A stretch of 64,000 bases of DNA from Candidatus Margulisiibacteriota bacterium. GTDB lineage: Bacteria > Margulisbacteria > WOR-1 > O2-12-FULL-45-9 > XYB2-FULL-48-7. Position numbers and translations under genes: made by a program. Of the stretch, positions 37,482 to 45,206 are shown piece by piece. Position 1 is the stretch's first letter, and the number at the start of each line of letters is the position of its first letter. The DNA lies in NCBI GenBank assembly GCA_018822365.1, contig JAHJKL010000070.1, positions 1,941 through 65,940 of the forward strand, given 5' to 3'. The notes under the pieces were generated by a model. That model had not been told where the DNA came from. It made no database searches and saw only the letters and a program-made list of their open reading frames with translations.

Positions 37482-38111
37482 TTGGGAATAATTTCAGCTG
37501 TTATAAGAAATATTGGGGGGCAAATTAAACCAAGATCACCATGCCTTGTTAATAGAGGACCATATCGCCTCCCCGGCAATACGGCTCCCGTTCAACCACA
37601 AGAAGCCTTTATCAGAGAAAAGCTCGCGAGAAGCATTTCAACGATGAGGACTGATAAAGCCGGCAGGATTACGTATCTTTCGTTGAAAAATATAACCGAT
37701 AGCGACATTCCCCCATTGCAAGCCTTGTCTAATTTGCAGCGGTTGTACTTATGGGGAAGTCAAGTTTCAGATGCCGGTTTGTCTCACCTCTCATCTCTCT
37801 CTAACCTGCAAGAATTGTATCTTTTTAGCAGTCTTGTCACTGATGCCGGCCTCCCCTCTCTTTCATCCTTATTAAATCTGCAAATATTGTATCTGCGTAA
37901 CGCTCAAATTACTGATGCCGGCCTCCCACAACTCTCTCACCTGTCAAATTTATATTGGTTGGATCTAACAGGCGCCAGAGTCTCTGACCTAGGTTTAGCG
38001 CATCTTTTATCCTTAACTAATTTGCAGCGGCTGGAACTAAGGCACACCCAGGTTACGGAAGCCGGGATCACTAATTTTAACAAAACAATGCCAACCTGTA
38101 ATATTTATTAA
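37482..38111 (+). CDS. Leucine-rich repeat protein (24-aa RI/Cys-containing-type LRRs)
   Basis: There are six repeats of the form 'LSxLSNLQxLYLxxxxVTDAGLxxLSxL'. No signal peptide is present. The start is TTG or a downstream ATG (MRTDK). Confidence 0.65.
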   Translation: MGIISAVIRNIGGQIKPRSPCLVNRGPYRLPGNTAPVQPQEAFIREKLARSISTMRTDKAGRITYLSLKNITDSDIPPLQALSNLQRLYLWGSQVSDAGLSHLSSLSNLQELYLFSSLVTDAGLPSLSSLLNLQILYLRNAQITDAGLPQLSHLSNLYWLDLTGARVSDLGLAHLLSLTNLQRLELRHTQVTEAGITNFNKTMPTCNIY

Positions 38112-38120
38112 CGCCCTAAC

Positions 38121-38156
38121 GTCCTGGCCACCGATACCTGGGCAAGGACCGCCTAA
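38121..38156 (+). repeat. Degenerate duplicate of the dxr 3' end (12 codons plus stop)
   Basis: 'gtcctggccaccgatacctgggcaaggaccgcctaa' encodes VLATDTWARTA*, compared with the dxr terminus 'atcctggctgccgatacctgggccagatcaaattaa' (ILAADTWARSN*). The downstream 'cctgaaattcc' also echoes 'cctgaattttc' found after dxr. Confidence 0.55.
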
Positions 38157-38195
38157 CAACCTGAAATTCCCGCCGATAGTTGACGACGTTTTTTT

Positions 38196-39080
38196 ATGAT
38201 ACCAAAAGTGAAGTTTTACGATCTCACTGCCGCTGGAAGACGGTTCCTCAACGATAACGAGGTCTGTACTTTTTATTTCGATCGCACCAATTTAAGGGCT
38301 CGAGGAGGGATGTCACATATCCATGAACAAACCTTGCTCAGCGGCAAAAAGGTCGCCACCAAGGGGCTCCCGGACGATAAGCCGATCAACCCCGAAAACG
38401 TGTTCTATCTAGCCAATGAAGCCAGGGGGCTGGCCACCCTTCTTCAAGACAAACCGCACCCAAATATTATTGATTATTTCGGCCTCGTCCGCATCGGCGA
38501 ACGCCCCTTTATCATAATGGAACTGTTAGAGGAGCAGGACCAATCAAATCGCTCTCTCGGCTCCCCCCTCCCGGTGGATGAAGTTTTAACGATCGGCCTG
38601 GGGATCGCGAAAGGATTGCATCACGTCCACAAGCACGGCTTGACCCACCGGGACGTAAAACCAAGCAATTTTGTCGGCACGAAACTGATCGATTTCGCCT
38701 TTTGCTGGAAAAACGGCCTCCCCATCGTCATTGACGGTCACCAGCATAGCAGCGGCACCTCCGGCTACTTTTCCCCGGCGATCGTTAGCGGCTCCGAACC
38801 GACCATTCAAGACGATATATATTCCCTTGGTGTCTCTCTCTTTGAGATGCTCACCGGCAAATTAGCCCTCCCCCCCGGGATCGATCCCCATATTTCCAGG
38901 AATCTCCTGGGGAGCAGGATCGCTGATCTTGCTGTTTGCCGGGGTTTAACGCCAGGTATTGCTGAACTCCTATTTACCGCGACCAAAACTACGCCTGAAG
39001 TCGGGGTCATGAGGGAAAGTGGTTTTTCCAGTTGCCGCGACGTCATCCGCTTTATCAAATCCTTAATTAACGTCGATTGA
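38196..39080 (+). CDS. Atypical protein-kinase-like protein (possible pseudokinase)
   Basis: It has the catalytic loop 'HRDVKPSNF' and 'DFA' in place of DFG. There is no canonical GxGxxG loop, and an APE-like motif is absent. Confidence 0.6.
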   Translation: MIPKVKFYDLTAAGRRFLNDNEVCTFYFDRTNLRARGGMSHIHEQTLLSGKKVATKGLPDDKPINPENVFYLANEARGLATLLQDKPHPNIIDYFGLVRIGERPFIIMELLEEQDQSNRSLGSPLPVDEVLTIGLGIAKGLHHVHKHGLTHRDVKPSNFVGTKLIDFAFCWKNGLPIVIDGHQHSSGTSGYFSPAIVSGSEPTIQDDIYSLGVSLFEMLTGKLALPPGIDPHISRNLLGSRIADLAVCRGLTPGIAELLFTATKTTPEVGVMRESGFSSCRDVIRFIKSLINVD

Positions 39081-39118
39081 TCGTGAAAGCCTCGTCTTTT
39101 TTATGATATAATTATTTA

Positions 39119-40837
39119 ATGAGTAAATTTGATTTGGAAACCCTGCGCCACTCAACTTCCCACGTCCTGGCCCAAGCGGTCATGGAAATCTTTCCCGGAG
39201 TAAAACTGGGGATTGGGCCTTCGACCGACGACGGATTTTACTACGACTTCGACCTGCCGCAAGCAATCACCCCGGAAGACCTCCCCAAGATAGAAAAAGC
39301 GATGAAAGATATCTGTAAAAAGAACCAGAAATTCGAACGGCGGGAAGTCAGCAAGGACGAAGCAATTAAATTATTCGAGGAAAGAGGAGAAAAATACAAG
39401 GCCGAAATCATCAAAGAAATAGAGGCCGACAAGGTTTCGCTCTATCATAACGGCGATTTTTTCGATCTTTGCCGCGGCCCTCACGTTGATTTTACCGGCC
39501 GGATCAAGGCCTTCAAGCTCCTCTCCATTGCTGGCGCCTACTGGCGCGGCCTTGAAACTAATCCGATGATGCAACGGATCTATGGGACCGTTTTCCCAAC
39601 TAAAGAGGAGCTTGATGCTTACTTAAAGAACCTAGAAGAGGCTAAGAAACGAGACCACCGCAAACTTGGTAAGGAGCTCGACCTCTTTTCGCTCCACGAA
39701 GAAGCCGGGGCCGGGCTGGTTTATTACCATCCAAAAGGAGCCATGCTCCGGAGTTTGATCGAAGATTTCATGAAGAAGGAAAATCTTAAGCGCGGGTATG
39801 AACAGGTTTACATTCCCCACATCGCCAAGATCGACCTTTGGAATACTTCCGGCCACACCAATTATTACCGCGAAAATATGTATTTTATGAAGATCGATGA
39901 ACAGGAATACGTGGTCAAACCAATGAACTGCCCCGGTCACATCCTGATCTACAGCCGGAAGACCAGAAGTTATCGCGACCTGCCGATCCGCTACTTTGAG
40001 TTTGGCACGGTTTATCGCTATGAAAAATCCGGGGTCTTGCATGGCCTTCTCCGTGTCCGGGGTTTTACCCAAGATGACGCTCATATCTTCTGCCGTGAGG
40101 ACCAGCTCGAAGGGGAGATCGTTCAAACCTTAGATTTTATCGCGTTTGTCATGAAAACCTTTGGTTTTGACTTCAAGATCAACCTTTCCACCCGCCCGGA
40201 AAGCTTTGCCGGGACGGCTGATAATTGGGACAGAGCAACCGCTATTCTGGAAAAAGCGCTTCAGGATCGGGGGCTTCCGTTTGAGATCGACCCAGGAGCA
40301 GGGGTTTTTTACGGTCCAAAGATCGATGTTAAACTGAAAGACTCCCTCGGCCGCGCCTGGCAGGGACCAACAGTCCAGGTCGACTTCAATCTCCCCCAGC
40401 GCTTTAACCTTAATTATATTGGCGAAGATGGCAAGCAACAGACCCCGGTTATGGTTCATCGCGCTATTCTGGGCAGCCTGGAGCGATTTATTGGCGCTCT
40501 AATTGAACATTACGGGGGGGCATTCCCATTCTGGCTCGCCCCCACCCAAGTCTCTATCTTGCCTGTTTCCGACCGTCATAATGATTACTCGGAAAAAGTC
40601 GCCGCCCAGCTCCGGGAGATCGGCGTCCGGGTCGAGGTTGACGCCAGGCGGGAAACGATCGGGGCCAAGATCAGGAACGCCCAGTTGGCCAAGGTCCCCT
40701 ATATGCTGATTCTTGGCGATAAAGAAGAACAAGCCGGCACGGTCGCCATCCGCTCCAGGGAAAAGGGTGAGCTTGGCGTTAAGACCATCCAGGATTTTTC
40801 CTTTGACCTCCGCCCTGAAATGCGCTATAATACATAG
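39119..40837 (+). CDS. thrS: Threonine--tRNA ligase (lacks N-terminal TGS domain)
   Basis: It begins at the N2/editing region 'LRHSTSHVLAQAV'. Class II motifs and the anticodon-binding domain are present. It is 572 aa against about 640 aa typical. Confidence 0.9.
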   Translation: MSKFDLETLRHSTSHVLAQAVMEIFPGVKLGIGPSTDDGFYYDFDLPQAITPEDLPKIEKAMKDICKKNQKFERREVSKDEAIKLFEERGEKYKAEIIKEIEADKVSLYHNGDFFDLCRGPHVDFTGRIKAFKLLSIAGAYWRGLETNPMMQRIYGTVFPTKEELDAYLKNLEEAKKRDHRKLGKELDLFSLHEEAGAGLVYYHPKGAMLRSLIEDFMKKENLKRGYEQVYIPHIAKIDLWNTSGHTNYYRENMYFMKIDEQEYVVKPMNCPGHILIYSRKTRSYRDLPIRYFEFGTVYRYEKSGVLHGLLRVRGFTQDDAHIFCREDQLEGEIVQTLDFIAFVMKTFGFDFKINLSTRPESFAGTADNWDRATAILEKALQDRGLPFEIDPGAGVFYGPKIDVKLKDSLGRAWQGPTVQVDFNLPQRFNLNYIGEDGKQQTPVMVHRAILGSLERFIGALIEHYGGAFPFWLAPTQVSILPVSDRHNDYSEKVAAQLREIGVRVEVDARRETIGAKIRNAQLAKVPYMLILGDKEEQAGTVAIRSREKGELGVKTIQDFSFDLRPEMRYNT

Positions 40838-40858
40838 GTTGTATGGGGGTTAAGAACT

Positions 40859-41368
40859 ATTAAACAGTACCAGGTTAACGAGCGCATTTGGGCAAAAGAA
40901 GTCAGACTGATTGACGAAAACGGACAACAGCTTGGCAATTGCCCAACCCCAGACGCACTTAAGCTTGCTCGCGAGCGGGGCTACGATCTTATCCTGATCG
41001 CGCCGACCGCGACTCCGCCCGTCGCCAAGATCGGCGATATTGGCAAGCTCAAGTATGAACTTTCAAAAAAAGAAAAAGAGGCACGCAAGTCCTCTAAATC
41101 AGGGGTTATAAAAGAGGTTAAGCTCTCCCCCAAGATCGCCCAGCATGATTTTGACGTGCGGGTTAATAAGACCAAAGAATTCCTCGCGAAGGGTTACAAG
41201 GTCAAGATCAATATTTTCTTCCGGGGGCGGGAAATGGCCCATAAAGAACTGGGACACCGGGTCCTGGGCAGGATGATCGAAGCGATTACGGAGGCGGGCA
41301 AGCCAGAGGCTCCTCCAAAAATGGAAGGTAAGAACCTAAATTTAATGCTTGCGCCGGTGAAACACTAA
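40859..41368 (+). CDS. infC: Translation initiation factor IF-3 (non-AUG start)
   Basis: The IF-3 sequence 'IKQYQVNERIWAKEVRLIDENGQQLG...' has no in-frame ATG. The frame is open from the thrS stop TAG (40835-40837), and the candidate start is AUU at 40859. The ORF track shows only the C-terminal 70 aa. Confidence 0.7.
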   Translation: MKQYQVNERIWAKEVRLIDENGQQLGNCPTPDALKLARERGYDLILIAPTATPPVAKIGDIGKLKYELSKKEKEARKSSKSGVIKEVKLSPKIAQHDFDVRVNKTKEFLAKGYKVKINIFFRGREMAHKELGHRVLGRMIEAITEAGKPEAPPKMEGKNLNLMLAPVKH

Positions 41369-41565
41369 TGCCAAAAGCAAAAACAAGACGAGCGGCCGCA
41401 AAAAGGTTTGAAATTAAAAAGTCGGGAAAGATCTTAAGACGGTCTTCCGGATTACGCCACCTTTTGGAATGGAAATCTGCGTCCAAAAGACGGCGTCTGA
41501 AAGCGAAAAAAGAAGTTTCGCCTTCGGATGTCAGGCGGATCCACGATATGCTCCCAGGAGGCTAA
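41368..41565 (+). CDS. rpmI: 50S ribosomal protein L35
   Basis: 'MPKAKTRRAAAKRFEIKKSGKILRR' matches L35. Confidence 0.85.
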   Translation: MPKAKTRRAAAKRFEIKKSGKILRRSSGLRHLLEWKSASKRRRLKAKKEVSPSDVRRIHDMLPGG

Positions 41566-41568
41566 GAA

Positions 41569-41919
41569 ATGGTTAGGGTTAAAAGAGGTTTTGTCGCTCG
41601 TCGCCGCAGAAAAAAGGTTTTCGCCAGGGCTAAAGGTTTCCGGCAAACAGTCCGGACCCAGTTCAGGCGGGCCAAGACCGCCGTTTTCAAGGCTATGACC
41701 CATGCGACCCGCGGTCGTCGCCAAAAAAAGCGGGACATGAGGGCCCTCTGGATCGGACGAATCAACGCCGCAGCGGTTGCCGCCGGTCTTAAATACAACA
41801 CCTTTATTGCCGGCCTTAAAAAAGCCGGGGTCCTGCTCGACCGTAAAATGCTGGCCGATCTGGCCATGAACGATCCGGCTACATTTGCCCAGATCGTTGA
41901 AGTCGCCCGCAAGCCATGA
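41569..41919 (+). CDS. rplT: 50S ribosomal protein L20
   Basis: '[24 protein letters not shown]' matches L20. Confidence 0.9.
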   Translation: MVRVKRGFVARRRRKKVFARAKGFRQTVRTQFRRAKTAVFKAMTHATRGRRQKKRDMRALWIGRINAAAVAAGLKYNTFIAGLKKAGVLLDRKMLADLAMNDPATFAQIVEVARKP

Positions 41920-42407
41920 TCGAAATGATTGTCGGCGGGTTAGGTTTTGACCCGCGCAATCTCTCCCCTTTGGTTCTACTGCGCGATCAGGATGAGCTGA
42001 ATTTCCTTCCTATCTGGATCGGCGTTTTTGAAGCGGCCGCCGTTGCCATGGAACTCCAGGGGGTCAAACCTCCCCGCCCCATGACCCACGATCTCCTACA
42101 AAACACCATCGATGCGCTGGGAGGAAAGATCAAGCAGGTCGCCATCAACGACGTTAAAGATGGGACCTTCTTTGCCGTTATCAACGTGGAGAATAAAGAA
42201 GGGAAGGTTTTGGGGATCGATGCCCGGCCATCGGACGCGATCGCCCTGGCGGTCCGCTGTCACGCCCCGATCTTTGTCGCGGAAACGGTCATGGTGCAAG
42301 CCAAACTGGTCAACTCCGAAAAAGATGCCGAAGAGACCAAGAAGTTCAACGATTTCGTCCAGAACATCCGCCCCGAAGATTTTACCAAATACTACAACAA
42401 GGATTAA
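41916..42407 (+). CDS. Bifunctional nuclease family protein (DUF151/BFN)
   Basis: '[20 protein letters not shown]' is the DUF151 core. Confidence 0.7.
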   Translation: MIEMIVGGLGFDPRNLSPLVLLRDQDELNFLPIWIGVFEAAAVAMELQGVKPPRPMTHDLLQNTIDALGGKIKQVAINDVKDGTFFAVINVENKEGKVLGIDARPSDAIALAVRCHAPIFVAETVMVQAKLVNSEKDAEETKKFNDFVQNIRPEDFTKYYNKD

Positions 42408-42763
42408 CTGCGGGAGATCAGGATCACCCCGAGTATAATAACTGAAATTCCTATCCACCGGACCAGGCTGACCGGCTCACGAAAAAAGAGCATTGAGGCC
42501 AGGGCGACCAGAACATAGGCAACGCTGACCATGGGATAAACCAGGCTAAGCGGCAGGCGGGAAAGGACAACAAGCCAGAAGATCGAAGAAAGCCCAAAAC
42601 AAACAAAGCCAAAAAAGACCCAGGGGTTCATAAATATCGGAATAAGTTTGACCAGAATCTGGCTGAACGGGAACGCGCCAAACACGACCATCCCCTTTTT
42701 CATCATCAGTTGGCCGGTTACCGCGAGTAAAACGGAGACGATCAAAATTAAATAATTTCCCAT
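42404..42763 (-). CDS. Small 4-TM transporter (SMR/EamA-like, ArnE-like)
   Basis: It is 119 aa with four hydrophobic helices. Confidence 0.5.
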   Translation of the reverse strand: MGNYLILIVSVLLAVTGQLMMKKGMVVFGAFPFSQILVKLIPIFMNPWVFFGFVCFGLSSIFWLVVLSRLPLSLVYPMVSVAYVLVALASMLFFREPVSLVRWIGISVIILGVILISRS

Positions 42764-43180
42764 TTAAAGTTCCTTCCTGTTTTCAAGATTTCCGTCTATT
42801 AATTCACCGCAGATAAAAGCCCTGGCTTGCGAAAAACAGCCTATCGAATAAACCCGGCCCCCCTCCCTCTCCCTGACTACTTTAACCTCTCCCCGACCTA
42901 AAACAAACCGTTCGCCGATCGCGCTTCCCGCCAACCAGGCTTTTATATTCCCCGAAGGGGGTGGCATATCGGTGAACCAGGCATGGTTTTTATCGATCCT
43001 TGCGCTGGCTAATTCCAATCCACCGGATGCCAGCCAATACGCCCTTTCCTTGTCAAACAAAGCCCTTGTCGTCCAGAGGGTATTATAAACTATTCTGGCG
43101 GTAATTACACCCAAGGCCAGCAACGTTCCTCCAATTATTATTACCAACAAAAGAGCGACACCATGTCTCATTTTTTGCAT
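42764..43180 (-). CDS. Pseudopilin-like protein (minor, GspK/J-like)
   Basis: It has an N-terminal hydrophobic helix and is the last gene of the prepilin operon. Confidence 0.45.
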   Translation of the reverse strand: MQKMRHGVALLLVIIIGGTLLALGVITARIVYNTLWTTRALFDKERAYWLASGGLELASARIDKNHAWFTDMPPPSGNIKAWLAGSAIGERFVLGRGEVKVVREREGGRVYSIGCFSQARAFICGELIDGNLENRKEL

Positions 43181-43578
43181 ACAATTATTTCCCTTTTATT
43201 GATTTCTATCGCCAGCTCTCTGCTGCTGATCAATTTGCAAACGAACCGGTCAATCTCTCCAGCGTTGGTCAACGGTTGCTTGACCGCGGTTTTCCTTTTT
43301 ACTATCCCTTCTTCATAAACATAGCCGCTCCCAACCCCATCAATAACCAAAGAGATCTCCTTTGACGAGACAATCGTCTGGCTTGCAGCCGATCTAAGCT
43401 CTCTGGTTAATCGAGCGGCCAAGATACTTTCGGCCTGGCGCTTTAAGCTGGTTTTTATTATCTTGTCGGCGCTCCGGACCTCTGCTGAAAACAAGAGAAT
43501 GATCGTCGGAATTATAGCCGCCAGCAAACTTATCGCCAACAGCGCTTCGATCAATGTAAAGCCTTTACGTCCGCTCAT
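43168..43578 (-). CDS. Prepilin-type N-terminal cleavage/methylation domain protein (minor pseudopilin)
   Basis: 'KGFTLIEALLAISLLA' is a class III signal. Confidence 0.65.
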   Translation of the reverse strand: MSGRKGFTLIEALLAISLLAAIIPTIILLFSAEVRSADKIIKTSLKRQAESILAARLTRELRSAASQTIVSSKEISLVIDGVGSGYVYEEGIVKRKTAVKQPLTNAGEIDRFVCKLISSRELAIEINKREIIVCKK

Positions 43579-43892
43579 TTTGCCCTCCGCAAGGTTGAAA
43601 GAAGAAGCGGCTTATGGCCCAAACTGTTAATTATCAAGTCAATTTTGACAATATTTTCGGCATATAGTGTAACAATAAAATGATGATCCGGGCCATCAAC
43701 GAGTTTTGTATAATCATCCGCCAGCTCGATCTCGGCCAGTGCTTTTTGGGCGACAGCTATGGAATTGGCATAATATTGTTCCTGGTCGGTTATTTTCCCT
43801 GTCTGCTTAAAGATCGACAGCGAGCCAAATGAGAAAAGAAAAAGCAAAGCGGCAGCGACCAGGACTTCTATCAAAGTGTATCCTTTATTCAC
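43575..43892 (-). CDS. Prepilin-type minor pseudopilin (GspI-like)
   Basis: 'KGYTLIEVLVAAALL' is a class III signal. Confidence 0.65.
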   Translation of the reverse strand: MNKGYTLIEVLVAAALLFLFSFGSLSIFKQTGKITDQEQYYANSIAVAQKALAEIELADDYTKLVDGPDHHFIVTLYAENIVKIDLIINSLGHKPLLLSTLRRAK

Positions 43893-44250
43893 CCCTGACC
43901 CTCCCGGCGGAAGAAATTATCACCTTTCGAGGTTTGCCGGATCTAATGTTCAAAACAAGGGTCCCTGAGCCTCCCGGCAGAGTATATCCATCTGCGGTAA
44001 AAATAATTGATTTTGCCGAAGGGGCGGTCACGCCAGGCAGGATCGGACTAATTGTTTTGCATTCCGCCTGGCCAGAAGTGGCCAAAGCCAAAGCCTGCCC
44101 TCGTCTTAGATTGGAAACCGACAGACTGGCGGCAGTTTTGACCAACAACCGGTCTTTTAGCCGGTTCACCGACGGCAGCATAATAATGGTTAATAAGCTG
44201 AAAATAGCCAGCACGGCTAAAAGCTCGACCAGCGTGAACCCCCGCCTCAT
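43885..44250 (-). CDS. Prepilin-type minor pseudopilin (GspH-like)
   Basis: 'RRGFTLVELLAVLAIFSLL' is a class III signal. Confidence 0.65.
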   Translation of the reverse strand: MRRGFTLVELLAVLAIFSLLTIIMLPSVNRLKDRLLVKTAASLSVSNLRRGQALALATSGQAECKTISPILPGVTAPSAKSIIFTADGYTLPGGSGTLVLNIRSGKPRKVIISSAGRVRGE

Positions 44251-44265
44251 CCCCGCACCCTCCCT

Positions 44266-45111
44266 TTACTTCTTCTCGACTACCAAATTATCTATCAGCC
44301 TTGTCTGCCCGATCCAAATCGCCAGGGCGACCAGGACTTTTTTTGCATCAAATCCAGCTTCGGCCAATGTTTCCGGGTCTGCCAACTCAATATAATCGAT
44401 CTTTGCCAGCGGCTCTTTTTCAACGAGTTCTCTTAGCTGTTGCTTGATCGCATTTATTGGCTCTTTGCTGATTTTCTCCTTGGCCAATTGCAGCGCCCGG
44501 AAAATAACCCCGGCCGCCTCCCTTTCGTCCAACTTTAGATAATCGTTACGTGAACTTTTTGCCAGGCCATTCGCCTCTCTAATCGTCGGCATCGTCACGA
44601 TCTCGATCGGAAAATTCAGGTCTTTCGTCATTTTCCTGATGATCAGCTGCTGCTGATAGTCCTTTTCCCCAAAAAAAGCGAGATCCGGCCGGGTTAAATT
44701 AAACAGCTTAGCGACAACCGTCAATACTCCGGAAAAATGGCCGGGCCGGCTCTTGCCGCAAAGCGCCTCAACCAACCCCCCGTTAATTTCGACATTTGCA
44801 GAAAAGCCGGCCGGGAACATCGCCTCCGCCTCTGGTGTAAAAACCACGTCAATTTCATAAGGGGTGAGCAAGGCCAGGTCTTTGTTAAGATCCCGGGGAT
44901 AATTTTTAAAATCTTCGTTTGGGCCAAACTGCTTTGGATTAACAAATATTGAAACTACCAGAAAATCGCATTTTTTTCTGGCCGCTTCAACCAGCGACAG
45001 GTGCCCTTCATGGAGTGCTCCCATGGTCGGGACCAGTCCGACCCTCTTTCCGGCCCGCCGGACCTCGCCGGTAAGCCGCTGCAGCTCCAGCGGATCGGCT
45101 ATCGCTTTCAC
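44266..45111 (-). CDS. panC: Pantoate--beta-alanine ligase
   Basis: It contains 'VGLVPTMGALHEGHLSL'. Confidence 0.9.
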   Translation of the reverse strand: MKAIADPLELQRLTGEVRRAGKRVGLVPTMGALHEGHLSLVEAARKKCDFLVVSIFVNPKQFGPNEDFKNYPRDLNKDLALLTPYEIDVVFTPEAEAMFPAGFSANVEINGGLVEALCGKSRPGHFSGVLTVVAKLFNLTRPDLAFFGEKDYQQQLIIRKMTKDLNFPIEIVTMPTIREANGLAKSSRNDYLKLDEREAAGVIFRALQLAKEKISKEPINAIKQQLRELVEKEPLAKIDYIELADPETLAEAGFDAKKVLVALAIWIGQTRLIDNLVVEKK

Positions 45112-45206
45112 CCTATTTTACCGCCCAGAATCTCGCGATCGACCAAAGGACTATCGCCAAAACCAGAGCAAGCAGCTTAAGCCCGGCGTTTTTGGTGAAA
45201 AATTCC

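Noticed and set aside
38196-38260. Kinase-like protein N-terminus (MIPKVKFYDLTAAGRRF) as a remnant of the missing ThrRS TGS domain
   Set aside because: The similarity to TGS (MIKVTLPDGSV.EF) is limited to a few positions and is not distinguishable from chance by eye. It is mentioned only as a possibility to test.
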